A stretch of 64,000 bases of DNA from Patescibacteria group bacterium (GCA_038057125.1 JBBUDU010000001.1:997-64996); one strand, 5' to 3'; counted from the first letter of the stretch, positions 9,366 through 19,173 are shown. Notes: generated by a model not told the origin, from the letters alone. Made by a program: numbers and translations.

Positions 9366-10283
9366 TTACACTGCCACCGGTGCTTTGATAGCCGGATGCG
9401 GGTCGTACCCGACGAGATAAAAGTCTTCGAGCTTGAAGTCGAAGATGTTTTTCACATCGGGGTTGATACGCATTATTGGAAGAGAACGAGGCTCACGAGA
9501 AAGTTGCAACGCCACTTGTTCCATATGGTTTGAGTAGAGATGAACATCACCACCCGTCCAAATGAATTCTCCCAGTTTAAGGTCGCATACCTGTGCCACC
9601 ATCATGGTAAGCAGTGCGTAGGATGCGATATTGAATGGCACGCCGAGAAATGTGTCACAGCTACGCTGATACATCTGACACGAGAGCTTTCCATTTGCCA
9701 CATAAAACTGAAAGAATGCGTGACAGGGAGGAATCCCTGATTTTGCCATTTCCTCGATATCAGCAACGTTCCATGCCGATACGATGAGCCGCCGGTCATC
9801 GGGTTTTTCTTTGATTCGTGCTATTACTTGCGTGATTTGGTCAATATGGCGACCATCAGGAGTAGGCCACGCGCGCCATTGTTTTCCATACACAGGACCG
9901 AGTTCACCATGCTCTTTTGCAAAATCATCATCATTTTTGACTTTGTCAATAAACTCGGCAAGCCCCACTCGCCATTCCTCAGAGTCTGTTTTTGGTATTG
10001 GCAACCCATTTTTCTTGAGATATGCCTTGAATGGCCACTCATTCCAAATTGGATTTTTATTATCGACAAGGTATTTAATGTTCGTGTCGCCGCGGAGAAA
10101 CCATAACAGCTCGGTGATAATGAGCCGCACAGGAATCCTCTTTGTGGTCACGAGAGGGAAGCCCTTGGAGAGGTCGAACCGCATTTGGTAGCCAAACACC
10201 GATTTGGTGCCTGTGCCGGTACGGTCACCTTTTAATACTCCGTTTCTTTGAATATGACGAAGTAAATCAAGATACTCTTGCAT
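9366..10283 (-). CDS. thyA: Thymidylate synthase ThyA (long, insert-containing type)
   Basis: Catalytic [20 protein letters not shown] contains the dUMP-specifying Asn. GDVHLYSNH present. Confidence 0.9.
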   Translation of the reverse strand: MQEYLDLLRHIQRNGVLKGDRTGTGTKSVFGYQMRFDLSKGFPLVTTKRIPVRLIITELLWFLRGDTNIKYLVDNKNPIWNEWPFKAYLKKNGLPIPKTDSEEWRVGLAEFIDKVKNDDDFAKEHGELGPVYGKQWRAWPTPDGRHIDQITQVIARIKEKPDDRRLIVSAWNVADIEEMAKSGIPPCHAFFQFYVANGKLSCQMYQRSCDTFLGVPFNIASYALLTMMVAQVCDLKLGEFIWTGGDVHLYSNHMEQVALQLSREPRSLPIMRINPDVKNIFDFKLEDFYLVGYDPHPAIKAPVAV

Positions 10284-10359
10284 CGTAAACTCCTTTTGTG
10301 TTGTTGAAAAAGTACTTCTTTCCTCACCCTACTCTTTAACGCGCAGGTCGTCAACGCTG

Positions 10360-10419
10360 ATCATTCCCGCCCCTAACAATTATTTGCTATAGTAAATAAT
10401 TGTTAGGGGCGGGAATGAT
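10360..10419. repeat. 60-nt near-perfect palindrome centred on CTATAG
   Basis: 26-bp arms (A)TCATTCCCGCCCCTAACAATTATTT / AAATAATTGTTAGGGGCGGGAATGA(T) around the loop GCTATAGT. Sits between the divergent thyA and dCMP deaminase genes. Confidence 0.9.
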
Positions 10420-10488
10420 GGACTTTTTATAATTCTTGTGATATACTTTATCTAGTTAATCTTTCGTACTTTTATAAGGAGAGACACT

Positions 10489-11085
10489 ATGAGCGAAGTT
10501 CTCGGATGGGTTCCAAACACAGACCCAAAGGTACTTGCGCGGATGTTCAAGAAAAAGCTTCGGACGGATTACTCGCGTCCGAGCCACTTGGACATTTTTG
10601 CAGAGCAGGCAATTGTTATATCCCAGCGTCCAACATGCATGTTTTACGAAGTAGGCGCTGTCATATTTTATGACGGGTCGCACTTTCTTTCGTCCGGCTA
10701 CAATGGCCCAGCAAGTGGTGACGTTAATCCTCGTGAAGCCGGATGCGCGCGCATTGTTGATGGAAAACTTCAAGAAGGCAAAGGAGTGTGTCGTGGCTCT
10801 CACGCCGAGCTGAATGCAATCAACAACCTCACGGTAAGCACTCTCGGTCTTCAAAATGTGAGCATGATTGTCACGCTTCATCCGTGTTACTCATGCGCAA
10901 AACAGATGGTAAACAAGGGAATCAAAAAAGTTTACTACATCTGGGAGTACGGGAGAGAAGAGTTTGTGGCGGATTATCTTCGCGACAGGAAAGTCGAAGT
11001 AATAAAGTATACATCTCCGATTTTGGAGAAGTGGATTGCTCTCAACGGGTATGACCCGATTGGCGCGACGAATACGCAGGAATGA
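10489..11085 (+). CDS. dCMP (deoxycytidylate) deaminase
   Basis: Zinc motifs HAELNAI and PCYSCAK. AAGGAGAG ribosome-binding site upstream. Confidence 0.8.
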   Translation: MSEVLGWVPNTDPKVLARMFKKKLRTDYSRPSHLDIFAEQAIVISQRPTCMFYEVGAVIFYDGSHFLSSGYNGPASGDVNPREAGCARIVDGKLQEGKGVCRGSHAELNAINNLTVSTLGLQNVSMIVTLHPCYSCAKQMVNKGIKKVYYIWEYGREEFVADYLRDRKVEVIKYTSPILEKWIALNGYDPIGATNTQE

Positions 11086-11095
11086 AAAATGGTTT

Positions 11096-11126
11096 ACCCA
11101 GCCTCTCTAGAGAAGCTGGGTTTTTC
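11096..11126 (+). terminator. Intrinsic terminator after the deaminase gene
   Basis: ACCCAGCCTCTC-TA-GAGAAGCTGGGT followed by TTTTT. Confidence 0.7.
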
Positions 11127-11156
11127 TTTGTATGTTACGCGTGCTACCATACGAAT

Positions 11157-11486
11157 ATGCAATTCAAAGAATACGAGGATCAGGCGATAAAAACTGCTGA
11201 ATACCCGGTTATAGGACAAGGTTTTGTGTATCCAACATTGGGACTCGTTGGCGAGGCTGGCGAGGTGGCGGAGAAAATCAAAAAGCTTTTTCGGAATGAC
11301 GGTGGCGTGCTCACCGACGCGCATCGTGAAGAAATCAAAAAAGAGCTAGGCGATGTGCTCTGGTATTTGGCGGCGCTTTCGCGCGAGCTCGGGTTTACGC
11401 TTGACGATGTTGCTCTGGCAAACATTGCGAAGCTTCGTTCGCGTGTAGAGCGCGGTGTTATAAAAAGTAGCGGAGATAATAGGTGA
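11157..11486 (+). CDS. MazG-like all-alpha nucleoside triphosphate pyrophosphohydrolase
   Basis: EXXE-type motifs GLVGEAGEVAEKIKK and ELGDVLWYLAAL. Start moved to ATG 11157 because 11096-11126 is a terminator. Confidence 0.7.
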   Translation: MQFKEYEDQAIKTAEYPVIGQGFVYPTLGLVGEAGEVAEKIKKLFRNDGGVLTDAHREEIKKELGDVLWYLAALSRELGFTLDDVALANIAKLRSRVERGVIKSSGDNR

Positions 11487-11557
11487 TTGTTTATTATTCT
11501 TTTTTGTGATAAAAAGAATTAGGTTCTTTGATCTTAATTTACGAAGGAGGCAACACA

Positions 11558-12196
11558 ATGAAGACACCGTTCATCGTTCTAGACGGAATGGATGGTTCAG
11601 GCAAAGGAACTCAGGTTGCATTGCTTAAGGAACGGCTTTTGCGGGAAGGGGCACATGTACATTTTACGCGTGAACCCGGTGGAGCAGAGTTTTCTGAGGA
11701 CATTCGTTCGATTATAAAGTCTGCACGTGGTGCAAGCGCCGACATAACAACAATATTCCTTTTATTTTGGGCGGCGCGCAATGAGTGGATGAAGAGAGAC
11801 GTTATTCCTGCACTGGAAAATGAAGTACCAGTTTTTACCGACAGGTGCGACTCATCAACTTTTGCATACCAAGTGTGTGCGGAAAAACATCCAGAACTCG
11901 CAGAGTGGTGTTTCGAAATGCGAGATCGAGTTTTCGGTAGAGCAAAACCCTCGCACTACATTTTCCTTGAAGTGCCACCAGAAGTTGCCCGCAACCGCGC
12001 CATGTCTGATAAAAAACGCGACTCATGCTACTTTGACGAAAAGTCACTTGGGTATTACGAGAGAGTCACGCAGGGATTTAAGGATTTCGGTCTGTCGGTC
12101 GGCTCTACTTCTTTTGTTGATGGGATGCGCGACCCCGCAGTTGTTCATGAAGACATTTGGCGTATTGTTGCCAAAGAGTTGAGGATTGTACGATAA
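11558..12196 (+). CDS. tmk: Thymidylate kinase
   Basis: P-loop DGMDGSGKGT, TREPGG and DRCDSSTFAYQ. GGAGG ribosome-binding site 7 nt upstream of ATG 11558. Confidence 0.8.
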   Translation: MKTPFIVLDGMDGSGKGTQVALLKERLLREGAHVHFTREPGGAEFSEDIRSIIKSARGASADITTIFLLFWAARNEWMKRDVIPALENEVPVFTDRCDSSTFAYQVCAEKHPELAEWCFEMRDRVFGRAKPSHYIFLEVPPEVARNRAMSDKKRDSCYFDEKSLGYYERVTQGFKDFGLSVGSTSFVDGMRDPAVVHEDIWRIVAKELRIVR

Positions 12197-12212
12197 GCAT
12201 GAAGAAGCGCTA

Positions 12213-12246
12213 AAAAGTTCGCCATCATATTGTGGCGAACTTTTTT
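12213..12246 (+). terminator. Intrinsic terminator between the two tmk paralogs
   Basis: AAAAGTTCGCCA-TCATATTG-TGGCGAACTTTTTT. Confidence 0.75.
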
Positions 12247-12284
12247 CTTTTGTGCTCCGCATGTTATGATTGTTTTGTATCATC

Positions 12285-12923
12285 ATGACTGCGAAAAAAG
12301 CCCCCCTTATTATCATTGATGGCATCGACGGCTCCGGAAAGACCACGCAAACAAACCTCCTCAAAGAGCGTTTGTCTGACGGGCAAGTCGTTTTCACGCG
12401 CCAGCCCGGCGGAACGCCCCTTTCGGAAATGATTCGCGATGTTTTTTCTTCCGCTGAAGCAGTGGAGGCGAGCGCGCGGACTCAGTTTTTTCTTATGTGG
12501 GCATCCCGCACCAACTGGCTCGAAAAAGTGGTGATTCCAAACATAGAAAGAGGAATACCAGTAATCTCGAGTCGCGGTGACTCGGCTACATATGCCTATC
12601 AGGTCCACGCGCGCGAAGCGACCGACCTCGAAGAAGAGTTTTGGCAAATGCGTGAATTTGTAATGGGAAAACACAAACCAAAGATGCACATTATCATTGA
12701 TGTTTCTGCAAAGGATGCGCGCCACCGAATGAATGCCGACAAAAATCGCACAAAGTCGCTCTTTGATTTAAAACCGCTTGATTTTCACGATCGCGCGCGA
12801 GCAGGGTTTCGAGCTTTTGCCGAGCGACTACCAGGTGAAGTAACTATTATTGACGGTTCACGTGACAGAGATGTTATTCACAAGGAGGTGTATGATATTG
12901 TTTCCTCCCTTTGCGGCTGGTAG
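12285..12923 (+). CDS. Second thymidylate-kinase-like dNMP kinase (paralog)
   Basis: P-loop DGIDGSGKTT and TRQPGG. SRGDSATYAYQ replaces the DR(Y/H/C) motif, with Asp changed to Ser. Confidence 0.7.
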   Translation: MTAKKAPLIIIDGIDGSGKTTQTNLLKERLSDGQVVFTRQPGGTPLSEMIRDVFSSAEAVEASARTQFFLMWASRTNWLEKVVIPNIERGIPVISSRGDSATYAYQVHAREATDLEEEFWQMREFVMGKHKPKMHIIIDVSAKDARHRMNADKNRTKSLFDLKPLDFHDRARAGFRAFAERLPGEVTIIDGSRDRDVIHKEVYDIVSSLCGW

Positions 12924-13197
12924 TCGCTCTGGTCTTTTTATCGGATTTCAGCGTTGCAGTTTAGTCTGCGTCCAGGACGCGAATCAGTTGATTCGCCCGC
13001 GCACGATTCTGCAGAATCGCATCGCGCAGTGTCAATTGAAGCGCGACATACAGCTTGGTCACAATGCTCGGTTGCGCCTTGAACTCCGATAAAAATCCTC
13101 AGAGCTTATAGTCTGTCGCGAAATACCGTAAATTTTTTTGTTTCCGTAAGGCGTGGTATGCTCATTTAATATGAATCCCGTTAGAGACCCCCTAGTT

Positions 13198-13455
13198 ATG
13201 TATTACACCTACGTTATCGAGAACGACAAAGGTACATGTTATACTGGCAGCACGGAGGATCTACGGAAACGCTTGAGACAGCACAACGAAGGGCGGTCAA
13301 CGTGGACAAAAGGTAAAGGAGTGTGGAAGGTTATTTATTACGAGGCATGTCTTAATGAGCAAGATGCTCGGTCGAGAGAGATGTATTTAAAATCGGGGAT
13401 GGGTAAGCGCTATATAAAAAGTAGACTCAAGCGTTTTCTGTCTCTAACGGGATGA
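13198..13455 (+). CDS. Small stand-alone GIY-YIG nuclease-family protein
   Basis: YTYVIEN...CYTGSTEDLRKRLRQHN...SREMYLK matches the GIY-YIG core. Alternative upstream starts at 13153 and 13171. The stop overlaps the argS ATG. Confidence 0.65.
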   Translation: MYYTYVIENDKGTCYTGSTEDLRKRLRQHNEGRSTWTKGKGVWKVIYYEACLNEQDARSREMYLKSGMGKRYIKSRLKRFLSLTG

Positions 13456-15023
13456 AAGAGAAACTGGAAGCGACAGTGGCGGAGGCACTGGAAGCCATGG
13501 GCGTTCTTGTTGGCACAGTAAAAGTAGAGCGCCCCGCGGGCAACATGCACGGTGATTATTCGACTAATGCCGCGCTCGTGTATGGGAAAATAGCTGGCAT
13601 TTCACCGCGCGACTTTGCGGGAAAACTTGTCGAGAAAATTCTCGAAACTTCATCAGACTATATTGAAAAGATTGAAATTGCGGGCGCTGGATTTATAAAC
13701 TTTTTTCTCACGGATGCTACGTTCGAAGCTGCTGTTTACGAAAAAACACCATTTGTAAAAACGGGTGAAAAAATAAATATTGAATTCATTTCAACCAATC
13801 CAACCGGCGAGCTTCACATCGGCCATGGACGCTCGGCATTTTATGGTGATACTCTTGCGCGCGTTCTCACTTTTTCAGGTGCATCTGTGACTCGCGAATT
13901 TTATATAAATGATTCACGTGAGAGTAACCAGATTCGCGAGCTTGGCAAGACCGCACTGGGAAACGGGAAAGAGTACAAAACTCCGGAGCTCGTAGAAAAA
14001 ATGCGCGAACTCGATTTTTCCGGAATGACAGAAGAAGAAGCAGGTGGAAAACTCGCGAGCGCGGTACAAGCAAGCAATCGCGCGTTCATAGAAAAAAACA
14101 TCGGCGTGAAGTTTGATGTGTGGTTTTCTGAGGACAAGGAGCTTCGCGCGAGCGGCGCGAGTACCTCCATGGTCGAGCGTTTGAAGGGACAAGGATTTAC
14201 ATATGAAAAAGACGGAGCAGTGTGGCTTAAAACTTCAGAGTATGGCGACGATGAAGACCGCGTCGTTGTCCGCTCGGATTCTACGATGACATATTTTGTC
14301 GCAGATATCGCATACCACGACAAAAAATTTTCTCGCGGATTTCAAACCGTCATCGATGTGTGGGGGGCGGACCATCATGGGCATGTAAAAAGAATGCAGG
14401 CGGTTGGACGCATGCTTGGGTGGCATAAAACCTTAACAAACGCCGACCAACCCATTGTATTCATCGCGCAACTTGTGTCGCTCAAAGAAGATGGCATTTC
14501 TAAAAAGATGTCCAAGCGTGCAGGGAACATAATTCTGCTCCGTGACCTTGTGGAAGAAATTGGCATCGACACCGTGCGATGGTTTTTCAACGAAAAAGCG
14601 CTCTCGACACAAATGACATTTGACATGGCGCTCGCAGAAGAACAGTCGGAAAAGAACCCCGTTTTTTATGTGCAGTACGCGCACGCGCGCATCTCGTCAA
14701 TCATAGAAAAATGCAAAAGCCTGAAAGAAGGACATGCGATAGAATTCTCTGATTTGATTAAAGTTTCATCCGCGCGCGCCCTCGCGTCTAAAATCACCGA
14801 ATTTCCTGAGGTGGTCACAGGAGTCACTCGCGATTATGGCGTGCACTCGCTTGCGAGTTATGCAACAGCGCTTGCCACCGCGGCAAACGCCTATTATCGT
14901 GATGTGCGTGTGGCAGAAGGCGATACATTCAACCCTTCTGCGCTCGCGCTCGCCATTCGCGCAAAGGAAACTCTCGCCGACACACTCACTCTCCTCGGTA
15001 TTTCCGCGCCACAGCGGATGTAA
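13452..15023 (+). CDS. argS: Arginyl-tRNA synthetase
   Basis: HIGH motif (ELHIGHGRS). MSKRAG in the KMSKS position. C-terminal DALR-type anticodon-binding region ending in M. Confidence 0.9.
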   Translation: MKEKLEATVAEALEAMGVLVGTVKVERPAGNMHGDYSTNAALVYGKIAGISPRDFAGKLVEKILETSSDYIEKIEIAGAGFINFFLTDATFEAAVYEKTPFVKTGEKINIEFISTNPTGELHIGHGRSAFYGDTLARVLTFSGASVTREFYINDSRESNQIRELGKTALGNGKEYKTPELVEKMRELDFSGMTEEEAGGKLASAVQASNRAFIEKNIGVKFDVWFSEDKELRASGASTSMVERLKGQGFTYEKDGAVWLKTSEYGDDEDRVVVRSDSTMTYFVADIAYHDKKFSRGFQTVIDVWGADHHGHVKRMQAVGRMLGWHKTLTNADQPIVFIAQLVSLKEDGISKKMSKRAGNIILLRDLVEEIGIDTVRWFFNEKALSTQMTFDMALAEEQSEKNPVFYVQYAHARISSIIEKCKSLKEGHAIEFSDLIKVSSARALASKITEFPEVVTGVTRDYGVHSLASYATALATAANAYYRDVRVAEGDTFNPSALALAIRAKETLADTLTLLGISAPQRM

Positions 15024-15031
15024 AACTCAAA

Positions 15032-15606
15032 TGAACATAAAAAATAAAATTATTGTTCTCTCCCTAGCTTCATTCGTGGCTTTTGTACTGTTCGGCATTT
15101 ATTTTTTAAAAGTAAGCAACAACCTTGAGTATCAATTAAAAAAAATCGGTATACAATTATCTGGAGTTGAACAGCTTAAACTAAAAGAATTCTCGGGAAA
15201 TAAAATTTCTGCAGAAAGTGGTGGTGAAATATTAAAAATTGAAATTATAAAAAAAGTAGATAAACAGAAGGCGCAAGAATACGTAAAAACTCAGACGGCC
15301 TTACTAAATGGATTGTTTGAACCGCAATTACCGCCTTATCCCGAATTTTTAACAAAACAGACTGGGTGTGATGACAAGTACAAACCAAAGGAAAAAGAGT
15401 CGCAACATGGAAAGTACTTTACCTTATACGCCAGCGGTCGTTTGGGGTATGGAGTATGTGTTGATGATTTGATAAAATACAAGGCGAGTGTTGGTTATTT
15501 TTATTGTCCTACTAAAAACACATTGTTCAAGGTAGAATATTTTTTTGACCCTAATGAAGATTTTAACAAGATAATTAATTTTAATAATTCATTTGCTTGC
15601 AGATAG
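15032..15606 (+). CDS. Membrane-anchored hypothetical protein
   Basis: Start trimmed to ATG 15032 (MNIKNKIIVLSLASFVAFVLF) because the longer ORF overlaps argS. Four Cys in the C-terminal half. AT-rich. Confidence 0.5.
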
Positions 15607-15627
15607 AATTAAAGTATAATCATCAAC

Positions 15628-17613
15628 ATGATCAAAAAGAATATTTTTACGCTAGTCACTCTTTTGGTAGCTACGGGATTAGTGGTTTACTATACGCAGG
15701 CAACTTCAGAACCAGCAAAGCCGGAAAAAATATATTGGTTTATTCCTGACGGACTCAGAGCGGAGCCCGACATATTTACAATTTTTAAGTGGGCGGAGGA
15801 TGGTAAATTACCAAACCTCAAAAAAATGATGGAAAAAGGCAGTTACGGATATTCAATTCCCGATTTTCCCGGTCATACTCCCGTAAATTTTGCTTCGTTG
15901 CTTACAGGAGCGCATCCTACTGTGCATGGTGTTGCGGACGGTCCAATGCACGTTGAAGGATTTCCGTTGGAAAAGCCGTCTGCTGCTGGATTTTCTTCAG
16001 GAAGCAAAAAAGTCGCTCCGATTTGGAAAGTTTTGGAAGAGGCTGGCAAAAAAGTCGTCTTGCTCTCAATCCCAGGCTCTACCCCGCCAGAGCTTGAAAA
16101 TGGAATAACCATTCGCGGCCGATGGGGAGGTTGGGGTGCTGATACTCCGGCTATCAATTTTGAACCAATGGAAAAATTACCAGAAAGAAAAGAAGCAGGT
16201 AAAGCGTTTAAGCTTTTTTATCTCGGACAAAAATTGACGGAATTTGTTGATAAAAATAACGCCAATGGTTGGGAGAACGCGCCACTATCATTCAGCCAAG
16301 CCAAAGAAGCAAAACTTGAAAGTTATGGATTGCCAATTTATGCCTACATTTATGATTCTACTGATGATCAATCTAAAAATTATGACACCGTTAGAATTTC
16401 TTTGGACAAAAAAACTGAACTAGCGACATTGAAACAGGGTGAAAGAAGCGAGTGGAAAAATGTTTCCCTAAAATGGAAGGAGCAATCATTTGATTCGCAA
16501 GTAAGGATAAAAATTATAAAACTTTGGCCGGAAAGCGCTAATTTTAGAATACGCCTCTTCTTTAATAATGCTAACAGTTTGATAGTAAAACCCGCTGAAG
16601 TTGCCATGGAAATGACCGAAAAAATTGGTCCCATGGTTGACTTTGCGGACAATTGGCCGGCGCAGTTGATCTATGAAGATGAAGACAAAGACACGTTTTT
16701 TGAGGAAGTAACGGAAAGCTTGGAATGGCACAGAAAAGCTGCTGGTTTTATAATCAAACAATACAATCCGGATGCTTTTATTCAAGATACTTATACTCCA
16801 AATCAAATGCTTGAATCTCGTTGGTGGATGCGCTATATAGATAAAAATCATCCTGATTATGCCGGAGAAGAAAAAGAAAAACAGTCATGGGATGAGATTT
16901 TGAAAATGTATCAGGGAATTGACGCGATACTTGGAGAGGCGATGAAAAACGCTGATGAAAAAACGCTGATTGTTCTTTCATCTGATCACGGCGTGATACC
17001 GCTTTACAAACAAGTCCGTATTAACAATTTGTTTGCCCAAAAAGGATGGCTCAAGTTTAGTATTGATGAGAAAACAGGCGAACCGACTATTGATTGGAAA
17101 AACACAAAAGTTATTTACATGAAGATGGCGCACATTTATGTAAATCCTGACGGTCTTGGTGGAAATTGGAAGCGTGGTTCTGGTCCGGAATATGAAAAAT
17201 TGCGAAGAGAAGTTATGAAAGCAGTTTCGGAATTGAAAGATGAAGATGGAACAAACGCTACGGTCCAAACTGTAAAATGGGAAGACGCGCCGAAATATTT
17301 CGAGCTTCCTACGGACAGAGTCGGTGATATTGTGGTAGAAGTAACACCCGGATACCAGATGCAGGAAGAAGTGACCCGCGATAAAGAAATGTTTGTAAAA
17401 GTTTTGCCATCCGGATACAAACAAGGAATAGATCCGAAAGTAAATAAAGGAATGTGGACCCCGTTTGTTATGATGGGTCCCGGTGTTAAAAAAGGGTATG
17501 AATTAAAAGAGCCGATTTCTCACGTAGACCAAATGCCGACAATTCTCAATTTGCTCGGCGTGAAAATTCCTAGCTATGTTCAAGGTAGGGTTCTGGAGGA
17601 AATTTTAAAGTAG
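15628..17613 (+). CDS. Alkaline-phosphatase-superfamily enzyme, nucleotide pyrophosphatase/phosphodiesterase-like
   Basis: N-terminal anchor. Metal/nucleophile motifs FIPDGLRAEP, GHTPVNFASLLTGAHPTVHGV (Thr nucleophile context) and SSDHGV. Confidence 0.7.
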   Translation: MIKKNIFTLVTLLVATGLVVYYTQATSEPAKPEKIYWFIPDGLRAEPDIFTIFKWAEDGKLPNLKKMMEKGSYGYSIPDFPGHTPVNFASLLTGAHPTVHGVADGPMHVEGFPLEKPSAAGFSSGSKKVAPIWKVLEEAGKKVVLLSIPGSTPPELENGITIRGRWGGWGADTPAINFEPMEKLPERKEAGKAFKLFYLGQKLTEFVDKNNANGWENAPLSFSQAKEAKLESYGLPIYAYIYDSTDDQSKNYDTVRISLDKKTELATLKQGERSEWKNVSLKWKEQSFDSQVRIKIIKLWPESANFRIRLFFNNANSLIVKPAEVAMEMTEKIGPMVDFADNWPAQLIYEDEDKDTFFEEVTESLEWHRKAAGFIIKQYNPDAFIQDTYTPNQMLESRWWMRYIDKNHPDYAGEEKEKQSWDEILKMYQGIDAILGEAMKNADEKTLIVLSSDHGVIPLYKQVRINNLFAQKGWLKFSIDEKTGEPTIDWKNTKVIYMKMAHIYVNPDGLGGNWKRGSGPEYEKLRREVMKAVSELKDEDGTNATVQTVKWEDAPKYFELPTDRVGDIVVEVTPGYQMQEEVTRDKEMFVKVLPSGYKQGIDPKVNKGMWTPFVMMGPGVKKGYELKEPISHVDQMPTILNLLGVKIPSYVQGRVLEEILK

Positions 17614-17628
17614 GGCGGATTAATGTTA

Positions 17629-17670
17629 AAATAAACTCGCAATAGAACTTCCACCGCGAGTTTATTTTTT
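17629..17670 (+). terminator. Intrinsic terminator
   Basis: AAATAAACTCGC ... GCGAGTTTATTTTTT. Confidence 0.6.
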
Positions 17671-17673
17671 GGT

Positions 17674-19173
17674 ATGAAAAAAATTATCTTAATAATTATC
17701 GGATTGTTGGTTGTCGGCGTCGGCGGGTACTTTGGATATGCTAAATCTGACAACAATTCTGGTAATGAAAACATATTAACTAAAGAAGAATTAAAGTGTC
17801 CAGATTGTAATCTAGTAATAGTTTCTCTTACAAATACAAGAAAAGACAATGTTGGTATTTATGGGTACGAGCGAGACACGACCCCAAACATAGATAATTT
17901 TTTCCAAAATTCTTTGATTTTTAAGAATGCATTTGCTCCAGCTTCGTGGACACTACCAGTGGCTGTCTCATTTTATACATCCCTTTTTCCTTATACGCAC
18001 GGAGTAATGGACAGGTACGACGGCAGTAAGCTGTCAGATGAATCACCGCTGACTCTTACGGAAATATTAAAGGAAAATGGATATAAAACTGCGGGTTTTA
18101 CTGGTGGCGGGGATTACAATAGAAAGTTTAATTTTAACCGCGGATTTGACATCTATGTAGACGAGCAAAATTATTCCGATTTTGGTGTTGATTATGCCGG
18201 CGGATCTCAAGGACAGTTTGGCGCCGCCTATTTGGGTATTGAGCAATTGGTTCCGCTTGCGTCAGGCTGGCTTAAAGAAAACAAAGAGAACAAAAAATTT
18301 CTTTTACTGCAAGGATTTGACACTCATTGTCCATTTACTCCAAAAGAACCTTTTGATGAAAAGTTTACGGGAAAAAATAAAAGCAACATAGATTATTCAA
18401 CTTGCCTTTGGACATTTGAGCAAACAAAACCTATTTATGAAGACGGCGTGAGGTACTGGATGGTAAAAACCGCCTTCACGAAAGAAGGAATAAAAGATGT
18501 AAAACTTACCGACGTCGACGTCAAACACATGATAGCGCTTTATGACGGAGAAATCGCCCAAGCTGATAATTTTTTGAAAGAGTTTTTTCAAACGGTGAAA
18601 GATTTGGACATTGAGAAAAATACTATTTTTATATTTATGTCTGAGCATGGTGATCTTTTTGGTGAGCATGGTCGGTTTATGCGCGGTGGACCACTAAGGG
18701 GAACTTTTTATGACCCCGTGCTTAACTTCCCACTTTTAATTAAGCATCCAAAAATCAAATATCCAATTAAAATAGACAGCTTGGTTCAAACAGTGGATAT
18801 GATGCCGACGATACTCGACATTTTTGGATTAGAAGATATACAAGGGAACATAAGACAAGGGAAAAGCATACTGCCTGCAATTATTGATGGGGTGGAAGTT
18901 AATAAACATGTCTACGCGGGTTCAAAGTACACCCAGCAAAAAGACAACCCGTTTTTCAAAGGAACATCAAAGATTGAATCAATCAGAAACAAAGAGTGGA
19001 AATTGATAAAAGAAGAGATTTTTGACCAAAATACAAACAAAAAAATAAAAGAATCGTACGAACTCTACAATATTGCCGTGGACAAAAAAGAAGAGAACAA
19101 TCTCATTGGCAAAGAAAAAGGTATCGCACTCACCATGAAGAGTAAGCTACAATCGTGGGTCGATAGTTTTTAA
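17674..19173 (+). CDS. Sulfatase-like hydrolase/transferase (alkaline-phosphatase superfamily)
   Basis: N-terminal anchor. APASWTLPVAVSFYTSLFPYTHGV has Thr where sulfatases have Cys/Ser and lacks the CxPxR Arg. MSEHGDLFGEHG present. Confidence 0.65.
   Translation: MKKIILIIIGLLVVGVGGYFGYAKSDNNSGNENILTKEELKCPDCNLVIVSLTNTRKDNVGIYGYERDTTPNIDNFFQNSLIFKNAFAPASWTLPVAVSFYTSLFPYTHGVMDRYDGSKLSDESPLTLTEILKENGYKTAGFTGGGDYNRKFNFNRGFDIYVDEQNYSDFGVDYAGGSQGQFGAAYLGIEQLVPLASGWLKENKENKKFLLLQGFDTHCPFTPKEPFDEKFTGKNKSNIDYSTCLWTFEQTKPIYEDGVRYWMVKTAFTKEGIKDVKLTDVDVKHMIALYDGEIAQADNFLKEFFQTVKDLDIEKNTIFIFMSEHGDLFGEHGRFMRGGPLRGTFYDPVLNFPLLIKHPKIKYPIKIDSLVQTVDMMPTILDIFGLEDIQGNIRQGKSILPAIIDGVEVNKHVYAGSKYTQQKDNPFFKGTSKIESIRNKEWKLIKEEIFDQNTNKKIKESYELYNIAVDKKEENNLIGKEKGIALTMKSKLQSWVDSF

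Noticed and set aside
9366-10283. ThyA homolog as a phage-type dCMP/dUMP hydroxymethylase for base hypermodification
   Set aside because: The substrate-specifying residue in [11 protein letters not shown] is Asn, as in genuine dUMP-methylating thymidylate synthases. The rest of the active-site motifs are canonical.
12850-13092. 80-aa plus-strand ORF overlapping the end of tmk-like, and ORFs 9309-9533 and 62569-62805
   Set aside because: They overlap better-supported genes or structured intergenic elements. They have no ribosome-binding site or promoter and give low-complexity translations.
13453-13455. Alternative genetic code (UGA reassigned, as in some CPR lineages)
   Set aside because: Long uninterrupted ORFs with family-typical lengths are obtained under the standard code. 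TGA also works as a stop, for example at the GIY-YIG gene ending at 13455 where it overlaps the argS ATG.
14836-15031. N-terminal extension of the 15032 ORF, and similar extensions at 11082, 11528, 12270, 20472, 35483, 36776, 39568, 49507 and 60771
   Set aside because: The extensions overlap upstream genes, terminators, promoters or leaders, or start at non-ATG codons. Internal ATGs with a ribosome-binding site or a leaderless -10 give N-termini typical of the families.
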